Positions 46,717 to 56,174 of a stretch of DNA of 64,000 bases are shown piece after piece. This stretch comes from Bacteroidota bacterium (lineage in GTDB: Bacteria > Bacteroidota > Bacteroidia > AKYH767-A > 2013-40CM-41-45). Under the pieces are notes generated by a model. It was given only the letters and a program-made list of their open reading frames with translations, searched no databases and was not told the DNA's origin. The stretch's first letter is position 1, and each line of letters starts with the position of its first letter. The stretch lies in NCBI GenBank assembly GCA_046052345.1, contig JBJOMN010000065.1, positions 333 to 64,332 on the forward strand, written 5' to 3'. The position numbers and the translations under genes are program-made.

Positions 46717-47528
46717 TTTTTCACAGCTATCGTAAAGATTCCTTCGGACGTGTATTTCCCCTTGGGCAGCCTTGCCACTTTGGAGTCCACTGCCGAAAGC
46801 AGTTTTCCGACAGCTTGGAATCCTTTCAAGAGCAATCTTTTCACCCCAAGGGCTTTCACGGTTTTTCCTTCCGCTGCATCCAGTGTGACACCGAAGGAGA
46901 CGGTCGCGTAATATTCGGCCGTCCTGACGGTCAGTCCGCTTTTCCTGAGTTGATCTGCGAGTCGTTCCCTCGTCAGCAACACATGAATATCGAATACCGG
47001 ACGGTTGAGCACCCGCTGAAGAAAACCTGTCGGACCGTATAATACCGGTACGGTGGTGATCAAGATTCCTCCGGGTTTGAGGAAACGGGCGATCGCAGCA
47101 AGGACACCCGCTGTATCCTCGAAATGTTCGACGACACCGAAAGAGCAGACTACATCGAATTTACCGATAAGGTCAGCGGGAGGATGGAACAAGTCACCCA
47201 GCCGGATATCACCTGCGCATCCGTCCCGTGCGAGTATCCGCCGGGTCTGTTCGCACCCGAACTCGGAATAATCGATTCCTGAGACCCGGTAACCGAACCT
47301 TTGTCGGAAATAGCTCAGCCAGATCGAGTTTCCGCAACCGACCTCCAGAAGCTCCTGACCGTCAGTCGAGCCGTCCGACGGAAGGTATTTGCAATAGAGC
47401 CTGTCCAGTTCTTCCACAATGTAACCCGACGGTCTTTTGCCATCATGCAGAGCAGGAGCAGGTAATGATCCTGCGCTTTTCCAAAACGAAGTCCAGTAGC
47501 CTTCGCCGGCTTTGTCGTTGGGTGCCAT
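46713..47528 (-). CDS. Class I SAM-dependent methyltransferase
   Basis: Motif I LLEVGCGNSIW. Post-I acidic residue GIDYS. 4-nt overlap with the downstream GT. Confidence 0.85.
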   Translation of the reverse strand: MAPNDKAGEGYWTSFWKSAGSLPAPALHDGKRPSGYIVEELDRLYCKYLPSDGSTDGQELLEVGCGNSIWLSYFRQRFGYRVSGIDYSEFGCEQTRRILARDGCAGDIRLGDLFHPPADLIGKFDVVCSFGVVEHFEDTAGVLAAIARFLKPGGILITTVPVLYGPTGFLQRVLNRPVFDIHVLLTRERLADQLRKSGLTVRTAEYYATVSFGVTLDAAEGKTVKALGVKRLLLKGFQAVGKLLSAVDSKVARLPKGKYTSEGIFTIAVKK

Positions 47529-47549
47529 ATCAGCAACTGCGTTGGTGGG

Positions 47550-48488
47550 TCATTTCACGCCTCTGGCTTCGACTCCGTTTCCGCCGACATTGATCCAAAT
47601 GTCTTTCGCACCGATTTTTTCAAGTTCCTTGCGTATCTGTCCCGGCGTTTTCAGATGCTTGTAATAATCCGTAAGCGAGTCGTAACTGTCCAGACGGCTC
47701 CATTCAAGATGAAAATCGTAACCTTCCGACGGATAGAGATGGATATACTCGATCAGCGGAGAGATACGGTGCAGCAGCCACCATCCCGGTTTGAAGTTCC
47801 GTAGTTTCCAGTGCAAAGGGAAGAAGAAATCCGTGAGCCCGTCGACGATCTTCTTGGAGCGGTCGGGCTGCATTTTTCGCAGCAGGTGACGATAGACCGG
47901 TTTAAGTGTGCTGTAATAAGCCAGCCGCCATCGGTAATGGTCGATGACAAGGTCGCCGCCGGGTGCGACTTTCTTCCACAAGGCTTCAATGGTGCGGTTG
48001 CTGTCAGGCGTATGCTGGATCACACCTAGACAGATCACGTGGTCGAAGGAGTTGTCCGGAAAGGGGAGTTCGTAGACACTCGCCTGAGCAACGGTATAAT
48101 TGGGACGGTCGCCGATGTTTTCCTTGTTGGCTTCAACGGCGACACTCAGGTCGACGGAATGAACCAGCGCACCTGCATTGACCAATAATTCCGTGAAGCG
48201 GCCGGCGCCGCAGCCGACCTCCAGCACGGTTTTTCCTTTGAGGTCTGCAATGGGTCGCCCCAGACATCGTTCCAGCCTCTCCGCAGTAATCGGCAGGTTG
48301 CTGTGACTGTCTAACTGTGTCCTGGTGAAGGTCTTCCATTGAAGACCGAATGCGGCCGCGTAATTGTCCTCAGGAACGAAACGAGGAATCCCCTTGACGA
48401 TAGGAAAGGATTCTCCTCCGGCAGATACCAGCCGGTCGCCATACGGTTGCAGCGGAAAACCACTGGAGGGGGAGCAGTAGGAAATCAT
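47550..48488 (-). CDS. Class I SAM-dependent methyltransferase with an N-terminal Trm112-like extension
   Basis: Motif I VLEVGCGAGRFTELL. N-terminal ..FPIVKGIPRFVPEDNY.. is typical of the small extension seen on glycan-locus methyltransferases. Confidence 0.85.
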   Translation of the reverse strand: MISYCSPSSGFPLQPYGDRLVSAGGESFPIVKGIPRFVPEDNYAAAFGLQWKTFTRTQLDSHSNLPITAERLERCLGRPIADLKGKTVLEVGCGAGRFTELLVNAGALVHSVDLSVAVEANKENIGDRPNYTVAQASVYELPFPDNSFDHVICLGVIQHTPDSNRTIEALWKKVAPGGDLVIDHYRWRLAYYSTLKPVYRHLLRKMQPDRSKKIVDGLTDFFFPLHWKLRNFKPGWWLLHRISPLIEYIHLYPSEGYDFHLEWSRLDSYDSLTDYYKHLKTPGQIRKELEKIGAKDIWINVGGNGVEARGVK

Positions 48489-48572
48489 AATGTTCGTGCG
48501 CGTGAAAGTAGCTAAAAAAAGTTATTTTTCAGGGAAAAGAGCCGATTTTGACTACTTTTACCCTTATCCAAC

Positions 48573-50465
48573 ATGTGCGGACTCACGGGCTTCATCGACT
48601 TCGAAAAACGTTCCGGTTCTGAGGAACTGGCGGCGATGACGGCCTCGCTTTTCCACCGCGGTCCGGACGACAGCGGTACGGAGGTGTTCACTATTTCCAA
48701 TGCGACCGTAGGACTGGGATTCCGCAGATTGTCCATCATCGACCTCAGTGCTGCGGGTCACCAACCCATGCATGATGCGGACAGCGGTCAATGGATCGTC
48801 TTCAACGGCGAAGTGTATAACTTCCGTGAGATCAGAAATGAACTTGAAGCCTTAGGCGACCGTTTCATTTCCGGCACAGATACGGAAGTCATCCTCAAGG
48901 CCTATAGACGTTGGGGAAAAGCCTGTGTAAACCGATTATCGGGAATGTTCGCTTTCTGCATCTATGATCCGGGTAAAAGCAAAGCGCTGCTGGTCCGGGA
49001 CAGGGCAGGAGTGAAGCCGCTTTTTTATTACCGGCGCGACGGACTCCTGCTGTTCGCTTCCGAGCTCAAGTCGTTCCACCGCCATCCTCGTTTTAACAAA
49101 TCCATCGATACGGACGCGCTCTCCCTGTATTTCCGGTTCGGTTACATCCCTGCTCCTTACTCCGTTTTCAGGGACTGTCAAAAGCTTCTTCCCGGTCATT
49201 TATTGGAAATCGATCTGGACTCCGGCGGGATGAACCTGGAGAAGTACTGGGATGCTGAAGACGCATACCGCCTGCCGCTTTCGAAGCTTACGTTCGAGGA
49301 GGCGGTGGAGCGAACGGAGTCGCTCCTGACCGACGCCTGCAGAAGCAGGATGGTGGCAGACGTACCGGTAGGAGTTTTCCTGAGCGGAGGTTATGACAGC
49401 TCCTGCGTGACGGCCTTGCTCCAGAAGGACTCGTCCGTAAAGATCAAGACCTACACGATTGGTTTCCGAGAGTCATCCTTCAACGAAGCGGAACATGCCC
49501 GAAAAGTGGCCGATTACCTGGGTACCGACCATCACGAGTATATCTGTACGTATCGTGAGGCAATGGATATCGTGCCGCAGCTCCCGGAAATTTACGACGA
49601 GCCGTTTGGCGACTCGTCCGCCATCCCGACTACACTTGTCAGCCGATTCGCCCGCAAACACGTCACTGTCGCCTTGAGCGCCGATGCGGGGGATGAACTT
49701 TTTGCAGGGTATCCACGGCACAGGAAAAACATGCACTACCTCCGGCTGCTGAGCATGCTTCCATCCTTCGCGAGAAAAACAGCTTCCGGACTGGTGCCGC
49801 CCATTCACCGTGGACTTTCCAGAGCGGACCGCCTTGGCAAGCTGAAGGAGATGCTCCGTGCCGTTGATCCCGTCGCGGTATTTAAAAGCGTCAACCAGGT
49901 TTATACGTTCTCCGAAACATCACGATTGATCACGCGGGAGTTGCACGATCTGCGGACCCCCTTTGACAGCATTCCCGGTCCTGCAGGAGAGATGGACGAT
50001 CTGTCAAGGATCCTGTTGGCGGAATACAAGACTTATCTGGTGGACGATATCCTTCAGAAAGTGGACCGGGCCACCATGTCCGCAGGATTGGAGGGAAGGG
50101 AGCCTTTTCTCGACCATCGCCTGCAGGAGTGGGTGGCTACACTTCCTTCCGAATTCAAGATGTCCGGAGATCGGCAGAAACTTTTACTGAAAGCCATCGT
50201 CCATCGGCATATTTCACCTGCCATCATGGACCGGCCGAAGATGGGATTCGGAATTCCGCTGGTGAAATGGATGCGGGAGGACCTTCGTCCGTTACTGGAG
50301 GAAGTGATGTCCGACGAGAGTGTGAAGTCGACCGGCCTTCTGGACGTAGCGCGTGTCCGTGAGATAAGGGACGCATACCTGAACGGCCGCTTGGAGAATT
50401 TCGAACGACTTTGGTTCATCTTTTCCTTCATACTTTGGTACCGCAGGTGGATGAAAGCAGAATGA
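48573..50465 (+). CDS. asnB: Asparagine synthase (glutamine-hydrolysing) family amidotransferase
   Basis: N-terminal nucleophile MCGLTGFIDF and PP-loop SGGYDSS. 630 aa. A homologue embedded in a glycan locus is more likely a sugar amidotransferase than housekeeping AsnB. Confidence 0.85.
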   Translation: MCGLTGFIDFEKRSGSEELAAMTASLFHRGPDDSGTEVFTISNATVGLGFRRLSIIDLSAAGHQPMHDADSGQWIVFNGEVYNFREIRNELEALGDRFISGTDTEVILKAYRRWGKACVNRLSGMFAFCIYDPGKSKALLVRDRAGVKPLFYYRRDGLLLFASELKSFHRHPRFNKSIDTDALSLYFRFGYIPAPYSVFRDCQKLLPGHLLEIDLDSGGMNLEKYWDAEDAYRLPLSKLTFEEAVERTESLLTDACRSRMVADVPVGVFLSGGYDSSCVTALLQKDSSVKIKTYTIGFRESSFNEAEHARKVADYLGTDHHEYICTYREAMDIVPQLPEIYDEPFGDSSAIPTTLVSRFARKHVTVALSADAGDELFAGYPRHRKNMHYLRLLSMLPSFARKTASGLVPPIHRGLSRADRLGKLKEMLRAVDPVAVFKSVNQVYTFSETSRLITRELHDLRTPFDSIPGPAGEMDDLSRILLAEYKTYLVDDILQKVDRATMSAGLEGREPFLDHRLQEWVATLPSEFKMSGDRQKLLLKAIVHRHISPAIMDRPKMGFGIPLVKWMREDLRPLLEEVMSDESVKSTGLLDVARVREIRDAYLNGRLENFERLWFIFSFILWYRRWMKAE

Positions 50466-50475
50466 AATAAGCACC

Positions 50476-51960
50476 ATGGGAGTCATTAAACGACAAGGGA
50501 TCAAGAACACGCTCAGCGGCTATCTGGGCATACTGATCGGTTTTGTCAACCTGATAGTCATACAGCCTCATTTCCTCACCAAGGAGGAGCTCGGACTCAC
50601 CAGGATCTTGTATTCCTTCTCCTTGCTTGTCGCCGTTTTTGTCCCGCTGGGTATCGGTAACGCCACGTTGAGGTATTTTCCGCTTTTCAGGGATGAGAAG
50701 AAGAACCATCACGGTTTTTTCTCCTTCATGAATCCTTTTCCATTGGCCGGATATGCAGCTGCGTGTCTGCTGATATTCCTCTTCAAGGATTTCATCCTGG
50801 ACCAGTACCGTCGGGAATCGCCTCTTTTCCTGGAGTATTTCGATTATGTATTTCCGCTCGTCTTCTTTACCTCCTTCATCAATGTCCTGACGGTCTATTG
50901 CAATGCCAATTTGAAGTCTACGGTTCCGTCCTATCTTAACGACATCGTCGTACGATTGCTGACCATTGCATCGGTCTCGGCGTACTTCATGAAATGGATC
51001 AGTCTGGACGGCTTCATAATTTCCTTCGTAATCGTTTACGCGATTCAGTTCTCCGTATTGCTGGCCTACATCTTCAGTTTTGACCGCCCGCGGTTTTCGA
51101 TCGACTGGTCGATATTCCGGGAGAAGCGTTTCCCGGAACTGGTACGGTACGGACTCCTGCTGTGGTTCGCGGGCATCGCATCCTTGGGACTGAAATATTT
51201 CGACTCGGTCATGATCGGAAAATTCATGCCCCTCGAATTCCTGGGTATCTACACGATCGCGGCTTTCATGCCTACCGTCATCGAGGCGCCGCTGAACGCA
51301 TTCGAGAAGATAGCCGCCGCCAAGATCTCCTACGCCTGGTCGGCCGAAGACAGAAATCAGATTCTGGAGATCTATCGTAAATCCACCTTATACATGTTCC
51401 TGCTGGGAGGTTGGCTTTTTCTGATGATCAACTGCAACACGGAGGCGCTTTACAGTTTTCTCCCGGAAGGATATGAAGCAGGTATGCCTGTTGTACTGAT
51501 CATCAGTATCGGAACGCTCTTCAACATGGCGACCGGACTGAACGCTCCGATCCTGTTCAATTCCGACCGGTACAGGTACGGCGCCTTTTTCCTGGTTATA
51601 CTCGCAGTAGTGCTTCTGGTGCTTCAATATTTTCTGATTCCCCGCTTAGGCCTTGAGGGAGCCGCTTGGGCTACGGCAGGAGCTTCGATACTTTACAATA
51701 CCCTTCTGCTTCTTTCTGTTTGGCGTTTTTTCGGTCTTCAGCCTTTCGAGAGGAAGAACCTGACCCTGTTGCTGTTGCTGATGGCGACGTACTCGGTATC
51801 CTTCCTGCTTCCCAGGTTCGAGGAGCCCGTGCTGAGCATCTTATTTATTTCTTCCGTGCTCACTCTGATTTACGGCGGCTCCGTACATCTCCTCGGTTTG
51901 GTACCTGAGACACAGGAATGGCTGGCAAGACTCAGCGGAAAATCGACCGGCAAGACCTGA
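50476..51960 (+). CDS. Oligosaccharide flippase (Wzx/MOP family), third in the window
   Basis: 494-aa protein with ~12-14 TM helices. N-terminus GVIKRQGIKNTLSGYLGILIGFVNLIVIQPHFL is typical of polysaccharide biosynthesis proteins. Confidence 0.75.
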   Translation: MGVIKRQGIKNTLSGYLGILIGFVNLIVIQPHFLTKEELGLTRILYSFSLLVAVFVPLGIGNATLRYFPLFRDEKKNHHGFFSFMNPFPLAGYAAACLLIFLFKDFILDQYRRESPLFLEYFDYVFPLVFFTSFINVLTVYCNANLKSTVPSYLNDIVVRLLTIASVSAYFMKWISLDGFIISFVIVYAIQFSVLLAYIFSFDRPRFSIDWSIFREKRFPELVRYGLLLWFAGIASLGLKYFDSVMIGKFMPLEFLGIYTIAAFMPTVIEAPLNAFEKIAAAKISYAWSAEDRNQILEIYRKSTLYMFLLGGWLFLMINCNTEALYSFLPEGYEAGMPVVLIISIGTLFNMATGLNAPILFNSDRYRYGAFFLVILAVVLLVLQYFLIPRLGLEGAAWATAGASILYNTLLLLSVWRFFGLQPFERKNLTLLLLLMATYSVSFLLPRFEEPVLSILFISSVLTLIYGGSVHLLGLVPETQEWLARLSGKSTGKT

Positions 51961-51963
51961 GTG

Positions 51964-52923
51964 TCAGAACACCTTTTTCACCTGCCGCTTGGCATTATCG
52001 ATGCTGGCGTTGAGCTCGAAGCCGAGGATGAGGCTCATTGAATTGAAATAGATCCACAGCATCACCACGATGATCGTGCCTATGGAGCCGTACACCTTGT
52101 TGTAGTTGCCGAAATTGTTTACGAAATAGGCGAATCCGGTGGAAAAGAGCACGGAAAGGAGCGTGGCGAAGGATGAGCCTGGGGAAATGAAACGCCATCT
52201 CCTTTTTACGGCCGGTGCGTAGTAATACAGAAAGGATATCGCCAGGAAAAAAAGCGCAAGTACTACCGCCCACTTGAAGATGAGCAGCAGGGCCACATAG
52301 GTCTTGGACCGCAGGATATGATGCTCGGCCAGGAAATCGATGGCATACCCCGAAAAGAAGATGATCAGGGAGGCAACGGTGGTGAGGATCGTAAGGATAA
52401 GGGTGAGGATGACCGCAGTGAAACGCTGCTGCCACGGCGAACGGTTTTCCGCTATATGGTAAGAGCTGTTGAATCCCCTCATCATGGTCATGAATCCGTT
52501 GGTCGTGAAGTAGAGTGCCATGAGGAAGCCGAAGGACAGCAGTCCGCCGCGCTGTATACGGATGATGTCTTCGATCGTCTGTCGTGCCCACAGGAAAGCG
52601 TCCTTCGGCAGGATGTCCTTTGTGATGGACAATGCATAATCCTGAAGTCCCTGCACGGGAATGTAGGCGATGAGCGAGAAGACGAAGATGATCGACGGGA
52701 AGATAGCCAGGAAGAAACTGTAGGCGAGCGATTGGGAACGCATCACGATGGAGCCGCGCTGGATGCCGGTGAAGAAGAAATCGGCGACATCATAGATCGG
52801 AATGTTATCAAAGCCCGGTAGCGCTGCACGCTTGGTATAGTCGACCACGACACGCACCGGCGGCGAGTAGGCAAGCTTCCTGAGTAACCGTTTGATGATA
52901 CGGTCCAAGTCCGACTTCGTCAT
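51964..52923 (-). CDS. YihY/BrkB (virulence factor BrkB) family membrane protein
   Basis: 319 aa, 6 TM. NKVYGSIGTIIVVMLWIYFNSMSLILGFELNA is the family's conserved C-terminal segment. Confidence 0.85.
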   Translation of the reverse strand: MTKSDLDRIIKRLLRKLAYSPPVRVVVDYTKRAALPGFDNIPIYDVADFFFTGIQRGSIVMRSQSLAYSFFLAIFPSIIFVFSLIAYIPVQGLQDYALSITKDILPKDAFLWARQTIEDIIRIQRGGLLSFGFLMALYFTTNGFMTMMRGFNSSYHIAENRSPWQQRFTAVILTLILTILTTVASLIIFFSGYAIDFLAEHHILRSKTYVALLLIFKWAVVLALFFLAISFLYYYAPAVKRRWRFISPGSSFATLLSVLFSTGFAYFVNNFGNYNKVYGSIGTIIVVMLWIYFNSMSLILGFELNASIDNAKRQVKKVF

Positions 52924-53786
52924 AGGTTTCGGATCTTCATGCTGATGTCCAGACTGTGGTACGAGTGCGTAAGGGCGCCCACCGAAATGAAGTCTACGCC
53001 GGTCTCGGCGTAGGACCTGACCGTTTCGAGGGTGATGCCGCCCGAGGCTTCCGTCTCTTTCCTTCCGTCGATAAGACGAATAGCTTCCCGCAATCTTTCG
53101 GGACTGAAGTTGTCCAGCATGATACGCTGTACTCCTCCGTGTCCGAGCGCCTCCTGGACCTCTTCCAGGTTTCTTGTCTCTATCTCTATCGGGAGTGTGC
53201 GCTTTGTTTCAGACAGGTAGCGGTTGGCACGTTCGAGTGCCGGAACGATTCCTCCTGCAGCGGTGACGTGATTGTCCTTGATGAGGATCATGTCGAACAG
53301 TCCGTAGCGATGGTTGGACCCGCCGCCGATGCGCACCGCCCATTTCTCGAACACCCTGAAATTGGGAGTGGTCTTCCGGGTGTCCAGAACGATGCAACCG
53401 GTACCGGCCACGGCATCCACGTATTGACGGGTTTGGCTGGCTATTCCGCTCATTCTTTGCATGCAATTTAGCAGCAGTCGTTCAGCCATGAGGAGAGAGC
53501 GGGCCTTGCCGGTGAGCTGCATGCCTACTGTACCTTTGTTTACCCTGTCTCCGTCTGAAATGAGCCGTTCAATGCGGATGTCCTGATCCACCAGTTCGGC
53601 CACGGTCATGGCGGCTTCCAGTCCGGCGGCTATCCCGTCCTGCTTGAAAAGGACTGTTCCGACTGCATGCAGATCGTCCGGAACGGTCGATAGCGAGGTG
53701 TGGTCGCCGTCACCGGCATCCTCCAGGAGTGCCTGGCGCAACAGATCGGTCAGGGATGCTCCGAAATAGGAAGAGGGAAAAGCCAT
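52920..53786 (-). CDS. nadC: Nicotinate-nucleotide pyrophosphorylase (carboxylating) / quinolinate phosphoribosyltransferase
   Basis: LDTRKTTPNFRVFEKWAVRIGGGSNHRYGLFDMILIKDNH and the C-terminal GVDFISVGALTHS. Confidence 0.9.
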   Translation of the reverse strand: MAFPSSYFGASLTDLLRQALLEDAGDGDHTSLSTVPDDLHAVGTVLFKQDGIAAGLEAAMTVAELVDQDIRIERLISDGDRVNKGTVGMQLTGKARSLLMAERLLLNCMQRMSGIASQTRQYVDAVAGTGCIVLDTRKTTPNFRVFEKWAVRIGGGSNHRYGLFDMILIKDNHVTAAGGIVPALERANRYLSETKRTLPIEIETRNLEEVQEALGHGGVQRIMLDNFSPERLREAIRLIDGRKETEASGGITLETVRSYAETGVDFISVGALTHSYHSLDISMKIRNL

Positions 53787-53814
53787 CAGGAGGTAGGTTG
53801 GTCTAAAATTGCCT

Positions 53815-54198
53815 TCAATCGGCTTCTACCCAGAACTCCTTGATGACCTGCTTTCCGTCGACGGACTTGAGATAAAAGGAGACACGGAAGTTCTTGCCGT
53901 TTGAGGATGACAGGCTGCCAATGCCGAATTTGGTTCCTTCCGGAGACTTTCCCTGGTGGAGCAATTTGAATTCGCGAGGGGGATTCTTGGTGAAAAAGTC
54001 GCGCAACATGACTTCGGCCTGGCCTTTACCGTAAACGTCCTCTTTTTCCAGCAGGTTAAGATCGACAGTAGCGCCGAAAAACTCGGATATCTGATGCGCA
54101 TTGCCCGCACGGATGGATGCTGTCAAGGCTTCGAACGGGTCCTGAACAAAGGAGCTGAGGATCAGGACGACAGCCAGGTAAAATGCGGACTTTTTCAT
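53815..54198 (-). CDS. Small secreted protein, DUF4783-like
   Basis: Start set at MKKSAFYLAVVLILSSF (signal peptide). From memory, ...IRAGNAHQISEFFGATVDLNLLEKEDVYGKGQAEVMLRDFFTKNPPREFKLLHQG... resembles the DUF4783 family, which often sits next to nadC in Bacteroidota. Confidence 0.55.
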   Translation of the reverse strand: MKKSAFYLAVVLILSSFVQDPFEALTASIRAGNAHQISEFFGATVDLNLLEKEDVYGKGQAEVMLRDFFTKNPPREFKLLHQGKSPEGTKFGIGSLSSSNGKNFRVSFYLKSVDGKQVIKEFWVEAD

Positions 54199-54327
54199 GG
54201 TCGTGGGCATGGTGTCCAAAAACCGCGCCATGCGGCTGCCGGACAGGCGCTAATTTACTTCAAAATTCTCCCTTACCGCCATCGATTTCTTCAGCTTTTT
54301 CAACGGCCCTTTTCGAAAACTAAGGAG

Positions 54328-54335
54328 TATATTTG
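54328..54335 (+). promoter_or_regulatory. Candidate -7 promoter box (TAnnTTTG) for rlmH
   Basis: TATATTTG is a perfect match and ends 6 nt before the ATG at 54342. Confidence 0.35.
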
Positions 54336-54341
54336 GAAGTC

Positions 54342-54806
54342 ATGAAGTTGGAATTAGTCGTCGTCGGGAAGACTTCTCCCGGCTGGATCAGAGAGGGATT
54401 CGAAGAGTATCTCGGCCGTTTGCGTCACTATCTTCCCTGTTCGGTCCGCGAAATTCCTGCAGCCGGTGCTCTTCCTGCTGCGAAGGCGCTTGAAAAGGAA
54501 AGCCGTCAGATCCTTGAAAAAACAACTCCAAGGGATTGGGTGATACTACTGGATGAGCGGGGAAAGTCCCTCACATCCGTCGAGCTTTCCACGCTTCTTG
54601 CCAAACGTATGAACGATGTTTCCGGAAATCTTGTAATGGTCACCGGTGGCGCTTTCGGCGTAAGCGACGAGGTCCGCGATCGGGCGGACATGGTTCTTTC
54701 CTGTTCCGGCTTCACTTTCACGCACCAAATGATACGGCTGATCCTTGCGGAACAACTCTATCGCGCGATGACCATTCTCCGTAACGAATCCTACCACCAC
54801 GTCTGA
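54342..54806 (+). CDS. rlmH: 23S rRNA (pseudouridine1915-N3)-methyltransferase
   Basis: MKLELVVVGKT... and the C-terminal FTFTHQMIRLILAEQLYRAMTILRNESYHH are the SPOUT RlmH signature. About 155 aa. Confidence 0.9.
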   Translation: MKLELVVVGKTSPGWIREGFEEYLGRLRHYLPCSVREIPAAGALPAAKALEKESRQILEKTTPRDWVILLDERGKSLTSVELSTLLAKRMNDVSGNLVMVTGGAFGVSDEVRDRADMVLSCSGFTFTHQMIRLILAEQLYRAMTILRNESYHHV

Positions 54807-54809
54807 TCC

Positions 54810-56171
54810 ATGCACGAGGCGATATCCTTCGTAGACCTTATCGTTCCGCCGATCCTGCTCGTGCTGTTCTATTTCTGGGCACGACGAGTCGTCCGCAACA
54901 GGATTGAAAAAGAGCCTTACTACCGGTTTTTCATCCCCGGCTTGTTCATCAAGCTGTTCGGCGGAATCGCGATTTGTCTTGTCTACGTGTTCTACTTCAA
55001 AGGAGGGGACACCCTCAGCTATTTTCACGATGGCGTCTGCATGTCCAGACTCTTTCTGAAGAACCCATGGCAGGCGATACGGTTCACGTTTGTTCCGCTC
55101 GATGCGGATATATGGTTCTCGCTCGATGACTGGACGGGTTATCTCTTCTACGGATATGACCTCCGTGCGACCATGGTCGACAAGATCACGTGGCCGCTGA
55201 ATTTCGTCACGTTCGGCAGTTTCATCGGACAGACCATGCTGCTGTCCTTCCTCTGTTATCTGCCCATCTGGCGACTGTATAAGATGTTCGTCTATGAGAT
55301 TCCGGAAATGGATTTCCGGTTCGCCCTTGCGATCCTCTTCGTGCCTTCGGTCGTCTTCTGGGGTTCCGGCCTGCTCAAGGATTCCATCACCTTCGCCAGC
55401 GTGGCCCTGTTCACAGCCTGCTTCCATCATCTGCTGAAGATCAGGAAACAGCGCCTGCTCAACACCCTCGGAATAGTGTTCGCATCCTACCTGTTGCTCA
55501 AGATCAAGCCCTATATCTTCTTCGCGCTGCTTCCGGGTACCTCCCTGTGGTTCATGGGATATAATACCTCCAAGATCCGCAACAAGCTCCTGCGTTCCAC
55601 GATGATTCCCATCGCCGTTGTCGTATCCGTCTTCACAGGATATCTGTTGCTGCTCGCCATCAGCGAGAGTCTCGGCGAATTTTCGGTGAACCGGGTACTC
55701 GACAAGGCCATCGTCACCCAGCAGGACCTGAAGCAGGACTATTACCAGGGATCTTCTTTCGACATCGGGGAAGTGGATGCATCCATCCGCGGACTGATCC
55801 TAAAGGCTCCCAAAGCCATGATTGCCGCGTTATTCCGCCCGTATCTTTGGGAGTCACGCAATGCAGGGATGATGGTTTCCGGGATCGAAAACCTGGTATT
55901 GCTGATACTTACGATATGGTTGATCATCCGGCTGAGGGTGTACAATATCTTCCTGCTGCTTTTCCGCCACCACGTGCTTTTCTTCAGCGGTTTCTTCAGC
56001 CTGTTTTTTGCCTTCTCAGTAGGCCTTACGACTTCAAATTTCGGCAGTCTGGTACGTTATAAGATTCCTGCAATCCCTTTCTTCGTGGCCAGCCTGTTCA
56101 TCATCTTTGATTCCTACCAGCGTATGAGGGCAGAATCAAGAGCCGAGAAGGAGCGAGATTCAGGCCTTTAA
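54810..56171 (+). CDS. Multi-pass membrane protein; candidate Wzy/EpsG-like polymerase of glycan locus 2
   Basis: 453 aa with ~10-12 TM helices and a larger loop (residues ~300-340). It sits at the edge of a GT/MT operon that otherwise lacks a polymerase. The function is inferred from context only. The antisense ORF 54546..55430 is judged a shadow. Confidence 0.5.
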   Translation: MHEAISFVDLIVPPILLVLFYFWARRVVRNRIEKEPYYRFFIPGLFIKLFGGIAICLVYVFYFKGGDTLSYFHDGVCMSRLFLKNPWQAIRFTFVPLDADIWFSLDDWTGYLFYGYDLRATMVDKITWPLNFVTFGSFIGQTMLLSFLCYLPIWRLYKMFVYEIPEMDFRFALAILFVPSVVFWGSGLLKDSITFASVALFTACFHHLLKIRKQRLLNTLGIVFASYLLLKIKPYIFFALLPGTSLWFMGYNTSKIRNKLLRSTMIPIAVVVSVFTGYLLLLAISESLGEFSVNRVLDKAIVTQQDLKQDYYQGSSFDIGEVDASIRGLILKAPKAMIAALFRPYLWESRNAGMMVSGIENLVLLILTIWLIIRLRVYNIFLLLFRHHVLFFSGFFSLFFAFSVGLTTSNFGSLVRYKIPAIPFFVASLFIIFDSYQRMRAESRAEKERDSGL

Positions 56172-56174
56172 CGG

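Noticed and set aside
54546-55430. 294-aa minus-strand ORF spanning the rlmH 3' end and the following membrane-protein gene
   Set aside because: It crosses a gene boundary on the opposite strand, is highly charged and low-complexity, and has no recognisable domain. Both plus-strand genes are well supported.
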